Positions 9,801 to 17,612 of a stretch of DNA of 25,746 nt are shown in pieces (position 1 is the stretch's first letter; each line of letters starts with the position of its first letter). The stretch is taken from the NCBI GenBank assembly GCA_039802265.1, contig JBDRWI010000033.1, forward strand, positions 1 to 25,746. The letters are read 5' to 3'. The DNA is from a candidate division WOR-3 bacterium (GTDB lineage Bacteria; Hydrothermota; Tepidihabitantia; SM23-42; JAOAFX01). A program made the translations under genes and the position numbers. The notes beneath the pieces were generated by a model. That model was given only the letters and a program-made list of their open reading frames with translations. It searched no databases and was not told the DNA's origin.

Positions 9801-10970
9801 TATATACCGGACATGTGTGATGGAGCCAAGATTCTTGCCAGTGCAATGAAATCGGCCGGAATTGATGCACAGGTGATGGAACCACCGGATACGGAATCCT
9901 TAATCCTCGGAAGACAATTCACAAGTGGTAGAGAATGCCTGCCGGCAATAATCACCGCCGGTGATATGGTCAAGCAAACCCAAAAGCCAGATTTTAATCC
10001 CAGGACCGCTGCCTTCTTTATGGCTCAAGGCTCGGGTCCCTGTCGTTTTGGCCAATACTACAAACTCCATAGAATGATTCTTGATAAGTTGGGATTGGAA
10101 GAAGTTCCGATATATGCACCAAACCAGGGACCGAGTCTATTTGATGACCTCGGACCGATGGGGAAAAAATTTTTGGTCCTGGTCTGGGATGGAATCTGTG
10201 CGGTAGACGGGCTTGAGGCACTGGCAAGAAAGATAAGACCTTACGAGATAAAAAAGGGAGAAACCGATAAGATTTATTCGGAGATTCTCTCTATTATATG
10301 CCGGAACATAGAAAAGGGAAAAGGAATTATCAATATTCTAAAGGAGGCAAAGGAGAATCTCACCAGACTAAAAACGGTGAAAACTGAAAAATTAAAGATT
10401 GGAATTGTTGGAGAGATCTATATCCGCTCCCAGAAATTCAGCAATAATTTTCTCATCAAGAGGCTTGAGGAACTCGGCTGCGAGGTGGCCTTGCCTTCAA
10501 TTGCTGAATGGTTTTTCTACACAAACCTCACCCGCATAAAAAATTGTCCTTATTTAGGACAACACCGACGGGCGGTATTTACAAAATTATTCAACAAATA
10601 TATGGAGTGGCGGCAGAGATATATCTATCAACTTTTGGGTCTGGAAAGGGAAAGACCAGTAATTACACTCTTAACCTTTGCTACCGATTTTATCCATCCG
10701 TCTTTTGAGGGTGAGGCAATCCTGAGTGTGAGTAAGACTATTGAATTTATGAAAGAAGGTTTCTGCGGGGTAGTAAATGTTATGCCCTTCACCTGTATGC
10801 CCGGCAATATTGTTACCACAACCTTAAAAAGACTTAAGGACCTGCATCCCGACTTTCCCTTGCTATCCATCTCATTTGATGGAATTGCCAGTAATATTGA
10901 CGAGGTAAGACTTGAGACATTTGTGCATCAGGCAATTGATTATAAAAAATATAAAGGAGGAATGTTATGA
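6894..10970 (+). CDS. Fused CoA-substrate-specific enzyme activase: two BadF/BadG/BcrA/BcrD ATPase domains plus DUF2229/2-hydroxyacyl-CoA dehydratase-like domains
   Basis: Two GIDIGS phosphate loops, EIGG motifs, CAAGAG/CAAGTG and RCSVF/RCTVF [4Fe-4S] ligands. Also CTHCSNNC, TCLPVK, FACGPD, ELDEH, GPCRFGQY and PFTCMPG. Confidence 0.9.
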   Translation: MEEYGIDIGSVSLKIAHFQNGNLKRTDYIPHSGNPYKLLLRIIKELDNPKYIAITGNIPKLLIDNLGVMRINEVESTIRGTLFFHPEVKSIIEIGGTNSKYIQIDRGLKDFSANTLCAAGAGIFLDQQAQRLMIPIEKFGDIALGSKNPARIAGRCSVFAKSDMIHLQQIGTPIEDLIAGLCLALARNFKSAILKGKKIQPPVAFVGGVAANIGVRKAIQEILSITPENLLVPEHYNTIPAIGAVLVARRAGWTREFNGLQNFENWLSQPEILSRLPPLDGRKNWNPIRLCIPPVHKTLAYLGIDIGSISTNLVLIDQKGTVLARRYLWTKGRPIEVVIQGLNELKSEIGDKVEIIGVGTTGSGRYLIGEFVGADLIKNEISAQARAAIEIDPQTDTIFEIGGQDSKYISIKDRTIVDFEMNKVCAAGTGSFLEEQSQILGVKLEEFGDRALLAQSPINLGERCTVFIGTEVIHHQRNLAECENLLAGLGYSTVYNYLNRVVGSKKIGSRILFQGGVAANKAVVSAFEQVLKKKITVPPNFDITGAIGIALLVRDAGIRKTNFRGFDLTQKNYKTESFSCTHCSNNCEINRITIEGEKPIFYGGRCDRYEEKEKQTKNKIPDLFEIYNEIFFKLDNNNCGIPIGIPRSLVFYELFPFFYKFLTSLGFNPILSEPTNRPIIQQGSEISVADTCLPVKVAMGHIQSLTQRGITQFFIPSVITMKPNSPIFTRSFVCPYVQAFPYLVSSIFGEKIAVYSPYLYFDRAPKTLIDSLYNNFAKKFGKKKDEVRYAIQCGFEYQKEIREQIKDIGQKILDEHQGLGFVILSRPYNGYDSGMNLKLSRKIRNLGVLPIPLDFIKLNFQQLIGDFRDMYWHYGQKILAAIEEISNNERLYPVYLSNFACGPDSFLINYFREKLNNKPMLVLELDEHSGDAGFITRLEAFYDSITGKARKTTPKIFKVKSILSKNRIVYIPDMCDGAKILASAMKSAGIDAQVMEPPDTESLILGRQFTSGRECLPAIITAGDMVKQTQKPDFNPRTAAFFMAQGSGPCRFGQYYKLHRMILDKLGLEEVPIYAPNQGPSLFDDLGPMGKKFLVLVWDGICAVDGLEALARKIRPYEIKKGETDKIYSEILSIICRNIEKGKGIINILKEAKENLTRLKTVKTEKLKIGIVGEIYIRSQKFSNNFLIKRLEELGCEVALPSIAEWFFYTNLTRIKNCPYLGQHRRAVFTKLFNKYMEWRQRYIYQLLGLERERPVITLLTFATDFIHPSFEGEAILSVSKTIEFMKEGFCGVVNVMPFTCMPGNIVTTTLKRLKDLHPDFPLLSISFDGIASNIDEVRLETFVHQAIDYKKYKGGML

Positions 10971-11143
10971 GTGAAGAGAGACGCACCGAATACTTTATCT
11001 GCCCGTTCAGTGATGCCAATAAACCAAGGCTCTGTCCGGCAAAACATTTCAATGCGGGTTGGAAATGTCCACTGGAAAGGGCTGGTGAATGTGCTTTCTG
11101 GCGCATTGTAGAATATATGGAAAAGGCAAAGGTGGGATTTTAA
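10967..11143 (+). CDS. Small 58-aa four-cysteine protein (not in ORF track)
   Basis: SD AAAGGAGG at 10953-10960 and ATGA overlap with the activase stop. Translation: MSEERRTEYFICPFSDANKPRLCPAKHFNAGWKCPLERAGECAFWRIVEYMEKAKVGF. Confidence 0.75.
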   Translation: MSEERRTEYFICPFSDANKPRLCPAKHFNAGWKCPLERAGECAFWRIVEYMEKAKVGF

Positions 11144-11149
11144 AAATGA

Positions 11150-11177
11150 TTGACACAATCAAATAACTGAATATAAT
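11150..11177 (+). promoter_or_regulatory. Consensus sigma70 promoter, probably giving a leaderless mRNA
   Basis: TTGACA-16 nt-TATAAT. ATG at 11183 lies only 5 nt after the -10 box and there is no SD. Confidence 0.8.
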
Positions 11178-11182
11178 TGAAT

Positions 11183-11884
11183 ATGGACCAGGTGGTTGCA
11201 AAGATCTATAATCAGGCACTCCAGGACTATGAAAAGGGATTGATAAAAGAATCAATTGAGGGTTTAAAAAAAGTGGTGGCTGCCTACCCGGACTATCCAG
11301 ATGTCCACAATGCCCTGGGACTGGCGTATTCCCTGGCGGGAAATTTTAAGGCCGCAATAGAAAGTTTCAAACGGGCTACAGAACTGAACCCTGAATATAT
11401 TGAAGCCTATGTGAATATGGCGATAATCTTTAATGAACAATGCCAGTTTGAAGAGGCAATAAAATCCTTCCAGAAGGCAGCGGAACTTGAGACAAAAGAG
11501 AAGGGATTCTCCCCTCAGTTAAAGGCAAAACTTGCCAATACCTATATGCAGTTGGGTGATACCTATTATGAGTTACAGGAATATAAAAAGGCAAAAGAGG
11601 AATATCTGCGGGCAATTGATGTCAGTCCAGGATTTTTAGACATTAAATTGAAACTTGCAAAGACCTATAATCAGCTTGGTGAATTTGCTGATGCAGAACA
11701 TATCCTCAAAGATATTCTGGCGAGGAATAAAAAATACCTTGAGGCACGGGTACTCTTAGGGTTGGTCTTTTATCAGCAGCATAAATTTGATGAGGCACGC
11801 AGAGAATGGGAAGAGGTAACAAAGATTGACCCGATGAATATCAAGGCAAAGGCATATTTGAATATGCTTAAGGAGCGAAAATGA
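11183..11884 (+). CDS. Tetratricopeptide repeat protein
   Basis: About six TPR motifs (e.g. PDYPDVHNALGLAYSLAGNFKAAIESFKRATELNP). ATG 11183 is preferred because TTG 11177 overlaps the -10 box. Confidence 0.9.
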   Translation: MDQVVAKIYNQALQDYEKGLIKESIEGLKKVVAAYPDYPDVHNALGLAYSLAGNFKAAIESFKRATELNPEYIEAYVNMAIIFNEQCQFEEAIKSFQKAAELETKEKGFSPQLKAKLANTYMQLGDTYYELQEYKKAKEEYLRAIDVSPGFLDIKLKLAKTYNQLGEFADAEHILKDILARNKKYLEARVLLGLVFYQQHKFDEARREWEEVTKIDPMNIKAKAYLNMLKERK

Positions 11885-12261
11885 CCAAAAAAGTAAAGTT
11901 TAAAAAAACCGAACTAAAAGAATTTGAAAGGCGTCTCTTGCGGGAACGCCAGCGGATTTTGAAGGAAATAGAATATGATAGTGGCCAGATCGCGGTAACA
12001 CAAACCGAGGCATCCGGCGACCTATCTGCCTATTCAAATCATATGGCGGACCAGGGTACCGAAACGGCAAAGCGGGAAGTATCATCCCAGATTCTCTCCC
12101 AACAGCGCACCACACTTTTTGAGATTGACCTGGCTTTAAGAAAACTCTCTCAGGGAACTTACGGTATCTGTGAAAAGTGTGGAAGATTGATCGAGAAGAA
12201 AAGACTAAAAATTCTACCCCAGGCCCGGCATTGTGTCAAGTGCACAAAGGTTAGTGGCTAA
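11881..12261 (+). CDS. TraR/DksA C4-type zinc-finger protein
   Basis: Coiled coil with tip HMADQGTE, then ALRKL..GTYGICEKCG..I...RL...P.A..CVKC. Confidence 0.9.
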   Translation: MTKKVKFKKTELKEFERRLLRERQRILKEIEYDSGQIAVTQTEASGDLSAYSNHMADQGTETAKREVSSQILSQQRTTLFEIDLALRKLSQGTYGICEKCGRLIEKKRLKILPQARHCVKCTKVSG

Positions 12262-12736
12262 ACCCGAAAGTAACATAAAGAACTTCAGTATTGCCCTTAT
12301 TCTGGCACTCTTTTTTGACCAGTTATCAAAGATACTCATTAGCAATTATCTATCACCCGTTGACCCACCCTTAGAGGTTATCGGTTCACTTTTGAGATTT
12401 AAACTTGCCTATAATCCCTATGGCGTATTCAGTATCACCTACGGACCAAGTTTTTTATACTATGCCTTTCATATCATCGGGGTTTTTATCTTTTCATATA
12501 TCGGGCTAACCCAGAAGGATGGTTTCCGAACCATAGTCTTTGGATTTATTGTTGGTGGTGCCCTCGGTAATCTATTGGACCGCATCAGATTGAAATATGT
12601 TATTGACTTCATTGATATGGGAATTGGTGATTTAAGGTGGTTTACCTACAACCTTGCCGATGCCTTCGTCACCCTGGGGGCGATATATCTCATCGCATCT
12701 GAATTATTTGCGCCGAAAAAAGTTAAATCTTTTTAG
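12254..12736 (+). CDS. lspA: Lipoprotein signal peptidase II
   Basis: DQLSK, YNPYGVFS, GGALGNLLDRI, VIDFID and YNLADAF motifs. GTG 12254 after AAAGG is the likely start (track start 12233). Confidence 0.92.
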   Translation: MAKPESNIKNFSIALILALFFDQLSKILISNYLSPVDPPLEVIGSLLRFKLAYNPYGVFSITYGPSFLYYAFHIIGVFIFSYIGLTQKDGFRTIVFGFIVGGALGNLLDRIRLKYVIDFIDMGIGDLRWFTYNLADAFVTLGAIYLIASELFAPKKVKSF

Positions 12737-12737
12737 T

Positions 12738-13520
12738 TTAGAGACGATTGAGGACAAAACCACAACCCCTAATCCTCAAAAAGAGACAAAGAATTACCAA
12801 AAGGATTAAAAAGACGATAATTGAATAGTCAATAAATTCAGGACTTCTCTCAAGATAAAATGTCCGACCCCTTTGAGGCTTGAATCCCTTTGATTCAAGG
12901 GCAAGAAAAAGATTATCCATCCCTTTAATTGTAGTAATAAATATTGGAATAATCAGCGGGAAGTAATTTCTGATTCTTCTAAGGATATTCCCGGATGTGC
13001 GGTCAAGACCGCGCAGGGTCTGGGCTTCGGCAACGATTGTCCCTTCTTTTAAAAAAATTGGCACAAAGCGGAACGCCATTGAGAGGGCAAAACAGAAAGA
13101 AAAGGGCAGACCGAGTCTAAAAAGTCCATAAGTAAATTCCTCAATCATCGTTATAGAAAAGAATAAGAGACCACTGACCACCATCAGGTCCAGCCTCATT
13201 CCCATTCCCAGTCCATAAACGATTGATTTATCGGTAATTGTAAGCGGTCCAATTTTGAAGAGCACCTTCCCTTCTTTTATAAAGAATGCCCAAAGGATTG
13301 TGCTGAAGCAAAAGAGAAATATTAAAACAAAACCCATTCGGCGAATATTTTCCATTCCACCAGCAGATATTATTATCGCCAGGGCCAGCAGAAGAAACAA
13401 GCCAAGATAAATTGGTGAATTGAATATAATCGAGACCGATAGGTAGGCAAGCAATAAAAATATCTTGGTGACGGGATGCAGTGAATGGAAAAATTCCTTC
13501 TTTTCTACATAGAGATACAC
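12738..13520 (-). CDS. ecfT: ECF transporter transmembrane T component
   Basis: LHPVTK start, several TM helices, AFRFVP, AQTLRG and ALESKGF motifs. Confidence 0.9.
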   Translation of the reverse strand: MYLYVEKKEFFHSLHPVTKIFLLLAYLSVSIIFNSPIYLGLFLLLALAIIISAGGMENIRRMGFVLIFLFCFSTILWAFFIKEGKVLFKIGPLTITDKSIVYGLGMGMRLDLMVVSGLLFFSITMIEEFTYGLFRLGLPFSFCFALSMAFRFVPIFLKEGTIVAEAQTLRGLDRTSGNILRRIRNYFPLIIPIFITTIKGMDNLFLALESKGFKPQRGRTFYLERSPEFIDYSIIVFLILLVILCLFLRIRGCGFVLNRL

Positions 13521-15145
13521 TGCTTAAACTCCTCAATCGTTAAGACATTCAAACCAAGTCTATTACCCAGACGACAGACCTGGGGTGGTTCAAGATGACA
13601 CTTTATCAACTCCTCTTCGTTTTGGAAAACTTCCCTGGTCTTTTTGTCCAAGACAATGTGCCCTTGTGCCATTACCACTGTTCTATCTGTATATTCAGCA
13701 ACAAGCCACATCGTATGGGTAATAATAATAATTGTATAACCCCTTTTATTCAAATACCTCAAGACATCCATAACTGACTTCTGCTGATTGTAGTCAAGCC
13801 CGGTGGTTGGTTCATCAAGGATAATTATCTCAGGTTTAAAGGCAAGAACCGTTGCCATTGCCAGGCGCTGCTTCTCCCCCCGGGATAGTGAAAAAGGGTC
13901 TTTTTCTTCGTAACCCTTCAGGTCACAAACCTCCAGCGCCTCCCTGATAGCCGATTCAATCTGTTCTTTATTCCAGCCGAAATTTTTTAAACCGAAGGCA
14001 ATCTCCTCCCTTACGGTATCACAAAAAATCTGATGGTCCGGATTCTGGAACACATAGCCAATTAAAACGGCAAGTTCTCTACGCGTATAATGCCGAATGT
14101 TCTTATTTTTTATCTTAATTTCACCACTTTGCGGGATTAACAATCCACAGAGTAATTTTGCCAGGGTCGTCTTACCCGACCCATTCTGTCCAATGATGGC
14201 AAGAAAATCACCGCGGTTTATCATCAGGTTAATTTTTGCTAAAAGTGGTGCACCTTTATTATAACTGAACGAAACGGACTGGCATTCAATAATCGGTGGT
14301 CTTATCTCCGGCACTGCCGGGGTAAAATCAACCTTTCTTATTTCTATTCTATTTTCTTTTATGTGCCTCAGGGCATCATCTACCGTCAGGATGCCCGGGA
14401 AGATCTGATTTGTATCAATTGGCCTTATGCCATTTTCTAAAAGCAACCGATTAGCCGTCAGCAACTTTGAAGGACTTCCCTGTGCAATCACCTTGCCGTT
14501 TCCGAGAATTAACACTCTATCCGCCTTGAGTGCCCTTTCAGGATCATCATCAATGAAAATTCTGGTATTGGTAATTCTATTTAATGTATCATAAACGAGG
14601 GACTTACCAAACGGATCAAGGTCGGTTGTTGGTTCATCGAGGATAATGATCTTGAAATTACCGGAAATTACTGAGGCAATTGCCACAAGTTGTTTCTCTC
14701 CCCCGGATAAGGTGAGGATATTGCGCAGACCAAGATGAGTTATCTTTAAAAGACTCAAGACCTCTTGGCACCTTCTTCTCATCTCATTTGGTGCCATTTT
14801 GAAATTTTCCAGGACAAAGGCAACTTCCAGGAGAACATTTGATGAGAAGAGCTGGGATTCAAAATCCTCAAAGACAATCCCAACATTACCCGCGAAGGAC
14901 TCGCCTGCGGTATCTTCTCCAACCCCTCCACAAATTTTTATTGTCCCTTTTAAATCTGCCTTTATTACCCGAGGAATGAGACCGCATATTGTCCGTGCCA
15001 GTGTTGATTTACCGGACCCGGTCCTACCCATAATTACTACAAATTCACCTTCTTTTATTACAAGATTCAAATCATTAAGTGCTACCTTTGAATCGGGATA
15101 AGTAACTTTCAGGTCGTTAACCTCAACAATCTTCTTTTCAATCAA
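13505..15145 (-). CDS. ECF transporter fused double ATPase (A-A')
   Basis: Two Walker A motifs (GRTGSGKST, GQNGSGKTT), signatures LSGGEKQ and LSRGEKQR, ILDEPT twice, and VFQNPDHQIF. Confidence 0.92.
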   Translation of the reverse strand: MIEKKIVEVNDLKVTYPDSKVALNDLNLVIKEGEFVVIMGRTGSGKSTLARTICGLIPRVIKADLKGTIKICGGVGEDTAGESFAGNVGIVFEDFESQLFSSNVLLEVAFVLENFKMAPNEMRRRCQEVLSLLKITHLGLRNILTLSGGEKQLVAIASVISGNFKIIILDEPTTDLDPFGKSLVYDTLNRITNTRIFIDDDPERALKADRVLILGNGKVIAQGSPSKLLTANRLLLENGIRPIDTNQIFPGILTVDDALRHIKENRIEIRKVDFTPAVPEIRPPIIECQSVSFSYNKGAPLLAKINLMINRGDFLAIIGQNGSGKTTLAKLLCGLLIPQSGEIKIKNKNIRHYTRRELAVLIGYVFQNPDHQIFCDTVREEIAFGLKNFGWNKEQIESAIREALEVCDLKGYEEKDPFSLSRGEKQRLAMATVLAFKPEIIILDEPTTGLDYNQQKSVMDVLRYLNKRGYTIIIITHTMWLVAEYTDRTVVMAQGHIVLDKKTREVFQNEEELIKCHLEPPQVCRLGNRLGLNVLTIEEFKQCISM

Positions 15146-15152
15146 GGGATTT

Positions 15153-15962
15153 TTAAAGCAAAAAGAGGGAAATGATGATCAAGATCAAAGAGGGAACCAA
15201 TCCCAATGCGATTGAAATACCACCCTTCATACCCTGGCCGAAGCCAAAGGCAAAAAGTGCCGATTTATAAACACCGATTGAAATCAAAATCCCGATAATC
15301 AGACCGGTGATCCCACCCGTAAATAAAAGGATGTTGCCGAGTCTTTTAAAGATTGGATTGCGTGGCTCAGGCAGGTCTCTTTCCTCCATAATCTCGGTAT
15401 AGACCAGATGCCAGGATAGAACACGCCGGTAAAGTGGCTGAATGATAACCGGTGAAAGAATAAGGGCGACGACGAAGTTATTCAAAAAGATAATACTTCC
15501 CAAGGCAGCAAATGGCAAAAGACCCAGAATGTCAACACCCCAGGCAATTACGACCGCACAGGCCAGACTTGAATTGAGGATTGCCCAAAGGAGCATCGGA
15601 ATTTTTGTGGGAATTGTCGTTCGTTTGGCAACCGGTTCAGCCTCTTTTACTGAATAGAAGATTTTATAAGGAATAAGTCCAAAAAGAAAATTACCAAAAA
15701 ATCCAAAGATACTACCCAGTCCAAATGTTCCACCAAAGACATCACCGATAAAATTACCGATTGCCGAACCCCAGGCCGCTGCCGGTCCAAAAAACAACGA
15801 ACAGACTATCGGTATTGCATTCGCGGGTCTGAATTCGGTGAAACCAGGAATCAAAGGAATTACCACCTTGAAAGGAATCAATACCGCCGCATAGATTGCC
15901 GCGGAAAAGGCCGTAAGAACAATCATCTTTGTATAACGCCACATTGTAAAGACTTCCTTCAT
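15153..15962 (-). CDS. ECF transporter S component, QueT-like family
   Basis: Highly hydrophobic, with AAIYAAVL, EFRPANAIPIVCSLFFGPAAAWGSAIGNFIGD. Directly upstream of the ECF A and T genes. Substrate not determinable from sequence. Confidence 0.75.
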   Translation of the reverse strand: MKEVFTMWRYTKMIVLTAFSAAIYAAVLIPFKVVIPLIPGFTEFRPANAIPIVCSLFFGPAAAWGSAIGNFIGDVFGGTFGLGSIFGFFGNFLFGLIPYKIFYSVKEAEPVAKRTTIPTKIPMLLWAILNSSLACAVVIAWGVDILGLLPFAALGSIIFLNNFVVALILSPVIIQPLYRRVLSWHLVYTEIMEERDLPEPRNPIFKRLGNILLFTGGITGLIIGILISIGVYKSALFAFGFGQGMKGGISIALGLVPSLILIIISLFLL

Positions 15963-15982
15963 AATAGACTAGTAGGCAAAAA

Positions 15983-16013
15983 TCAACATTTTCCGCCAGG
16001 CCAAAAATGTTGA
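15983..16013. promoter_or_regulatory. 10-bp inverted repeat (terminator of the upstream gene or operator of the ECF operon)
   Basis: TCAACATTTT-N11-AAAATGTTGA, followed by TTTTT on the minus strand. Confidence 0.45.
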
Positions 16014-16038
16014 CAAATTTCTTACTTCAATAAACTCA

Positions 16039-17544
16039 TTACTCCAGTTTAACAACCCGCTTGTGAAAGCTTGAACCTTTGGTATTCAATACTATAAGAT
16101 ATATCCCCGGTACCAGTATCCTTCCATCTCTACCCGTGCCATCCCAGATTACCCTGTGTTCTCCCGCATTCTGCCTTCGGTCGGTAAGAATTCTGACTAC
16201 TCTGCCTGCCTTGTCATATATTGTAATATTGACCCATTCTGCATTATTCAGTTTATAACTGATCTCAATTTTACTTTTGAATGGATTTGGCCTAACCGAA
16301 AGAATTCCCCTTTCCTCGTCATTTCTTTCATTTATTCCAACATATTCTTCCCCTGCCGAAAATATGAACAATGGGAGGTCAGTGGCTGGAATACCAAGGG
16401 CATTAATGATCGCTGTTCTCTCTTCAGTTGTGAAATTGGCTGTGAAATAGCCCTGGAGATTCATTGAGGTTGCCTGAAGAAGTGCACTGGCACCAGCAAA
16501 TCCAGCCTCAAGCAATTGATACCGACTGGCGGTTGTTGCACAGTATACGAAATAATTGGGCGCGGTCTGCGGCAGGCGAGGAACGGCAGCCCTCAATTGT
16601 GGCCTCCGGTCTCCATCCGTTACCCTTTCAATTCGGTGGTCACGGGTATTGGGTTGTCCTGAGGGCAGTCTTATGTGGTAACGCTCCACACCCACGGAAC
16701 GGACGATATATATCCGGGCAGTCAAATAGTAATTTGCCACTGCCGACGGCACTGTAATACCTGCCCGATTATTAGATGTAGTATGGGGCGTATTCCCATA
16801 AGAAGCCCAGGCAAGTTGGGAGAGTTGCTCAAGAGTCAGTTCGGTATCATCAAACAGGTTACCATACTTTAAATTGTTGAGTGCATTCTCCAGGATAACT
16901 GTGCCATTGGTATTAGGGTCGGGCAGGCTGCCATTTGAGGAATGGGCAACACATTCGGATGTTATTCCGCTAACCGAACCCATCAATCCATAGACATTTA
17001 CCATCTGTACCGTAAGCGCCGGATTCCAGGTATTATTGGCATTGGTTGTTGCACTCTCTTTGGGAATGCAACAGGGTTGATTGGAGTTATTGGTCCAGAA
17101 TGAAATTGCCGCAAGCAGTGCATACTGGATTGCTGTACCCGCGTCTTCGGCAATATCACTGGCAATACCCACCTCAAATGCCGCATTCGCTTCTGATTTA
17201 TGGTTGCCAGATAAATGTAGTATAATATCGTGAAGAACAGGGTCATAGTAATAGACATTATCAGTGCGCGCAACATAGATAATGCGATTTGAACCAATCA
17301 TGGGTGCCCGTGAGGCAGCCCATAAAACATTAGCAAGAATCTGGTCAGAAAGGGTACTCGTATAGCCACTGTGATAAGACCTGCGGCTATTGAGCACAAT
17401 CTCGGAAGAAAATGTATTTATCTGGACGGGTGGTAAATATCGGGACTTTGCAAAGAGGGAGGTTAGAGGATTACTCAATGGCCTTTTTATTAACGCACCA
17501 ATACCACCCGCCATTAAAATTTTCAAGAACTTTCTCCTTTCCAT
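16039..17544 (-). CDS. Tat-signal protein with tandem nitroreductase-like (SagB/ThcOx-type) domains and a T9SS/FlgD-Ig CTD
   Basis: N-terminal ERRKFLK. Nitroreductase-like segments LNSRRSY...LSDQILANVLWAA, LTLEQLSQLAWASYG...TVPSA and LLEAGFAGASALLQATSMNL. CTD RPNPF...IYDKAGRVVR...WDG...PGIY. Confidence 0.75.
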   Translation of the reverse strand: MERRKFLKILMAGGIGALIKRPLSNPLTSLFAKSRYLPPVQINTFSSEIVLNSRRSYHSGYTSTLSDQILANVLWAASRAPMIGSNRIIYVARTDNVYYYDPVLHDIILHLSGNHKSEANAAFEVGIASDIAEDAGTAIQYALLAAISFWTNNSNQPCCIPKESATTNANNTWNPALTVQMVNVYGLMGSVSGITSECVAHSSNGSLPDPNTNGTVILENALNNLKYGNLFDDTELTLEQLSQLAWASYGNTPHTTSNNRAGITVPSAVANYYLTARIYIVRSVGVERYHIRLPSGQPNTRDHRIERVTDGDRRPQLRAAVPRLPQTAPNYFVYCATTASRYQLLEAGFAGASALLQATSMNLQGYFTANFTTEERTAIINALGIPATDLPLFIFSAGEEYVGINERNDEERGILSVRPNPFKSKIEISYKLNNAEWVNITIYDKAGRVVRILTDRRQNAGEHRVIWDGTGRDGRILVPGIYLIVLNTKGSSFHKRVVKLE

Positions 17545-17561
17545 AAATACCCCCTTAAATA

Positions 17562-17589
17562 ATTTTACTCAGTAATTCCTTAAAATCAA
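17562..17589 (-). promoter_or_regulatory. Sigma70-type promoter for the Tat-nitroreductase gene
   Basis: Minus strand TTGATT-16 nt-TAAAAT, then SD-like AAGGGGG and ATG at 17544. Confidence 0.55.
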
Positions 17590-17612
17590 TCACTAAAATA
17601 GTCATCAACTTT

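Noticed and set aside
10834..11255. Minus-strand ORFs of 68-90 aa around the activase/TPR junction
   Set aside because: They overlap real genes in antisense. The plus-strand 58-aa ORF with a strong SD explains the gap.
15963..16038. preQ1 riboswitch upstream of the QueT-like gene
   Set aside because: I could not see the preQ1-I stem-loop plus A-rich tail in this 76-nt gap. An Rfam scan would be decisive.
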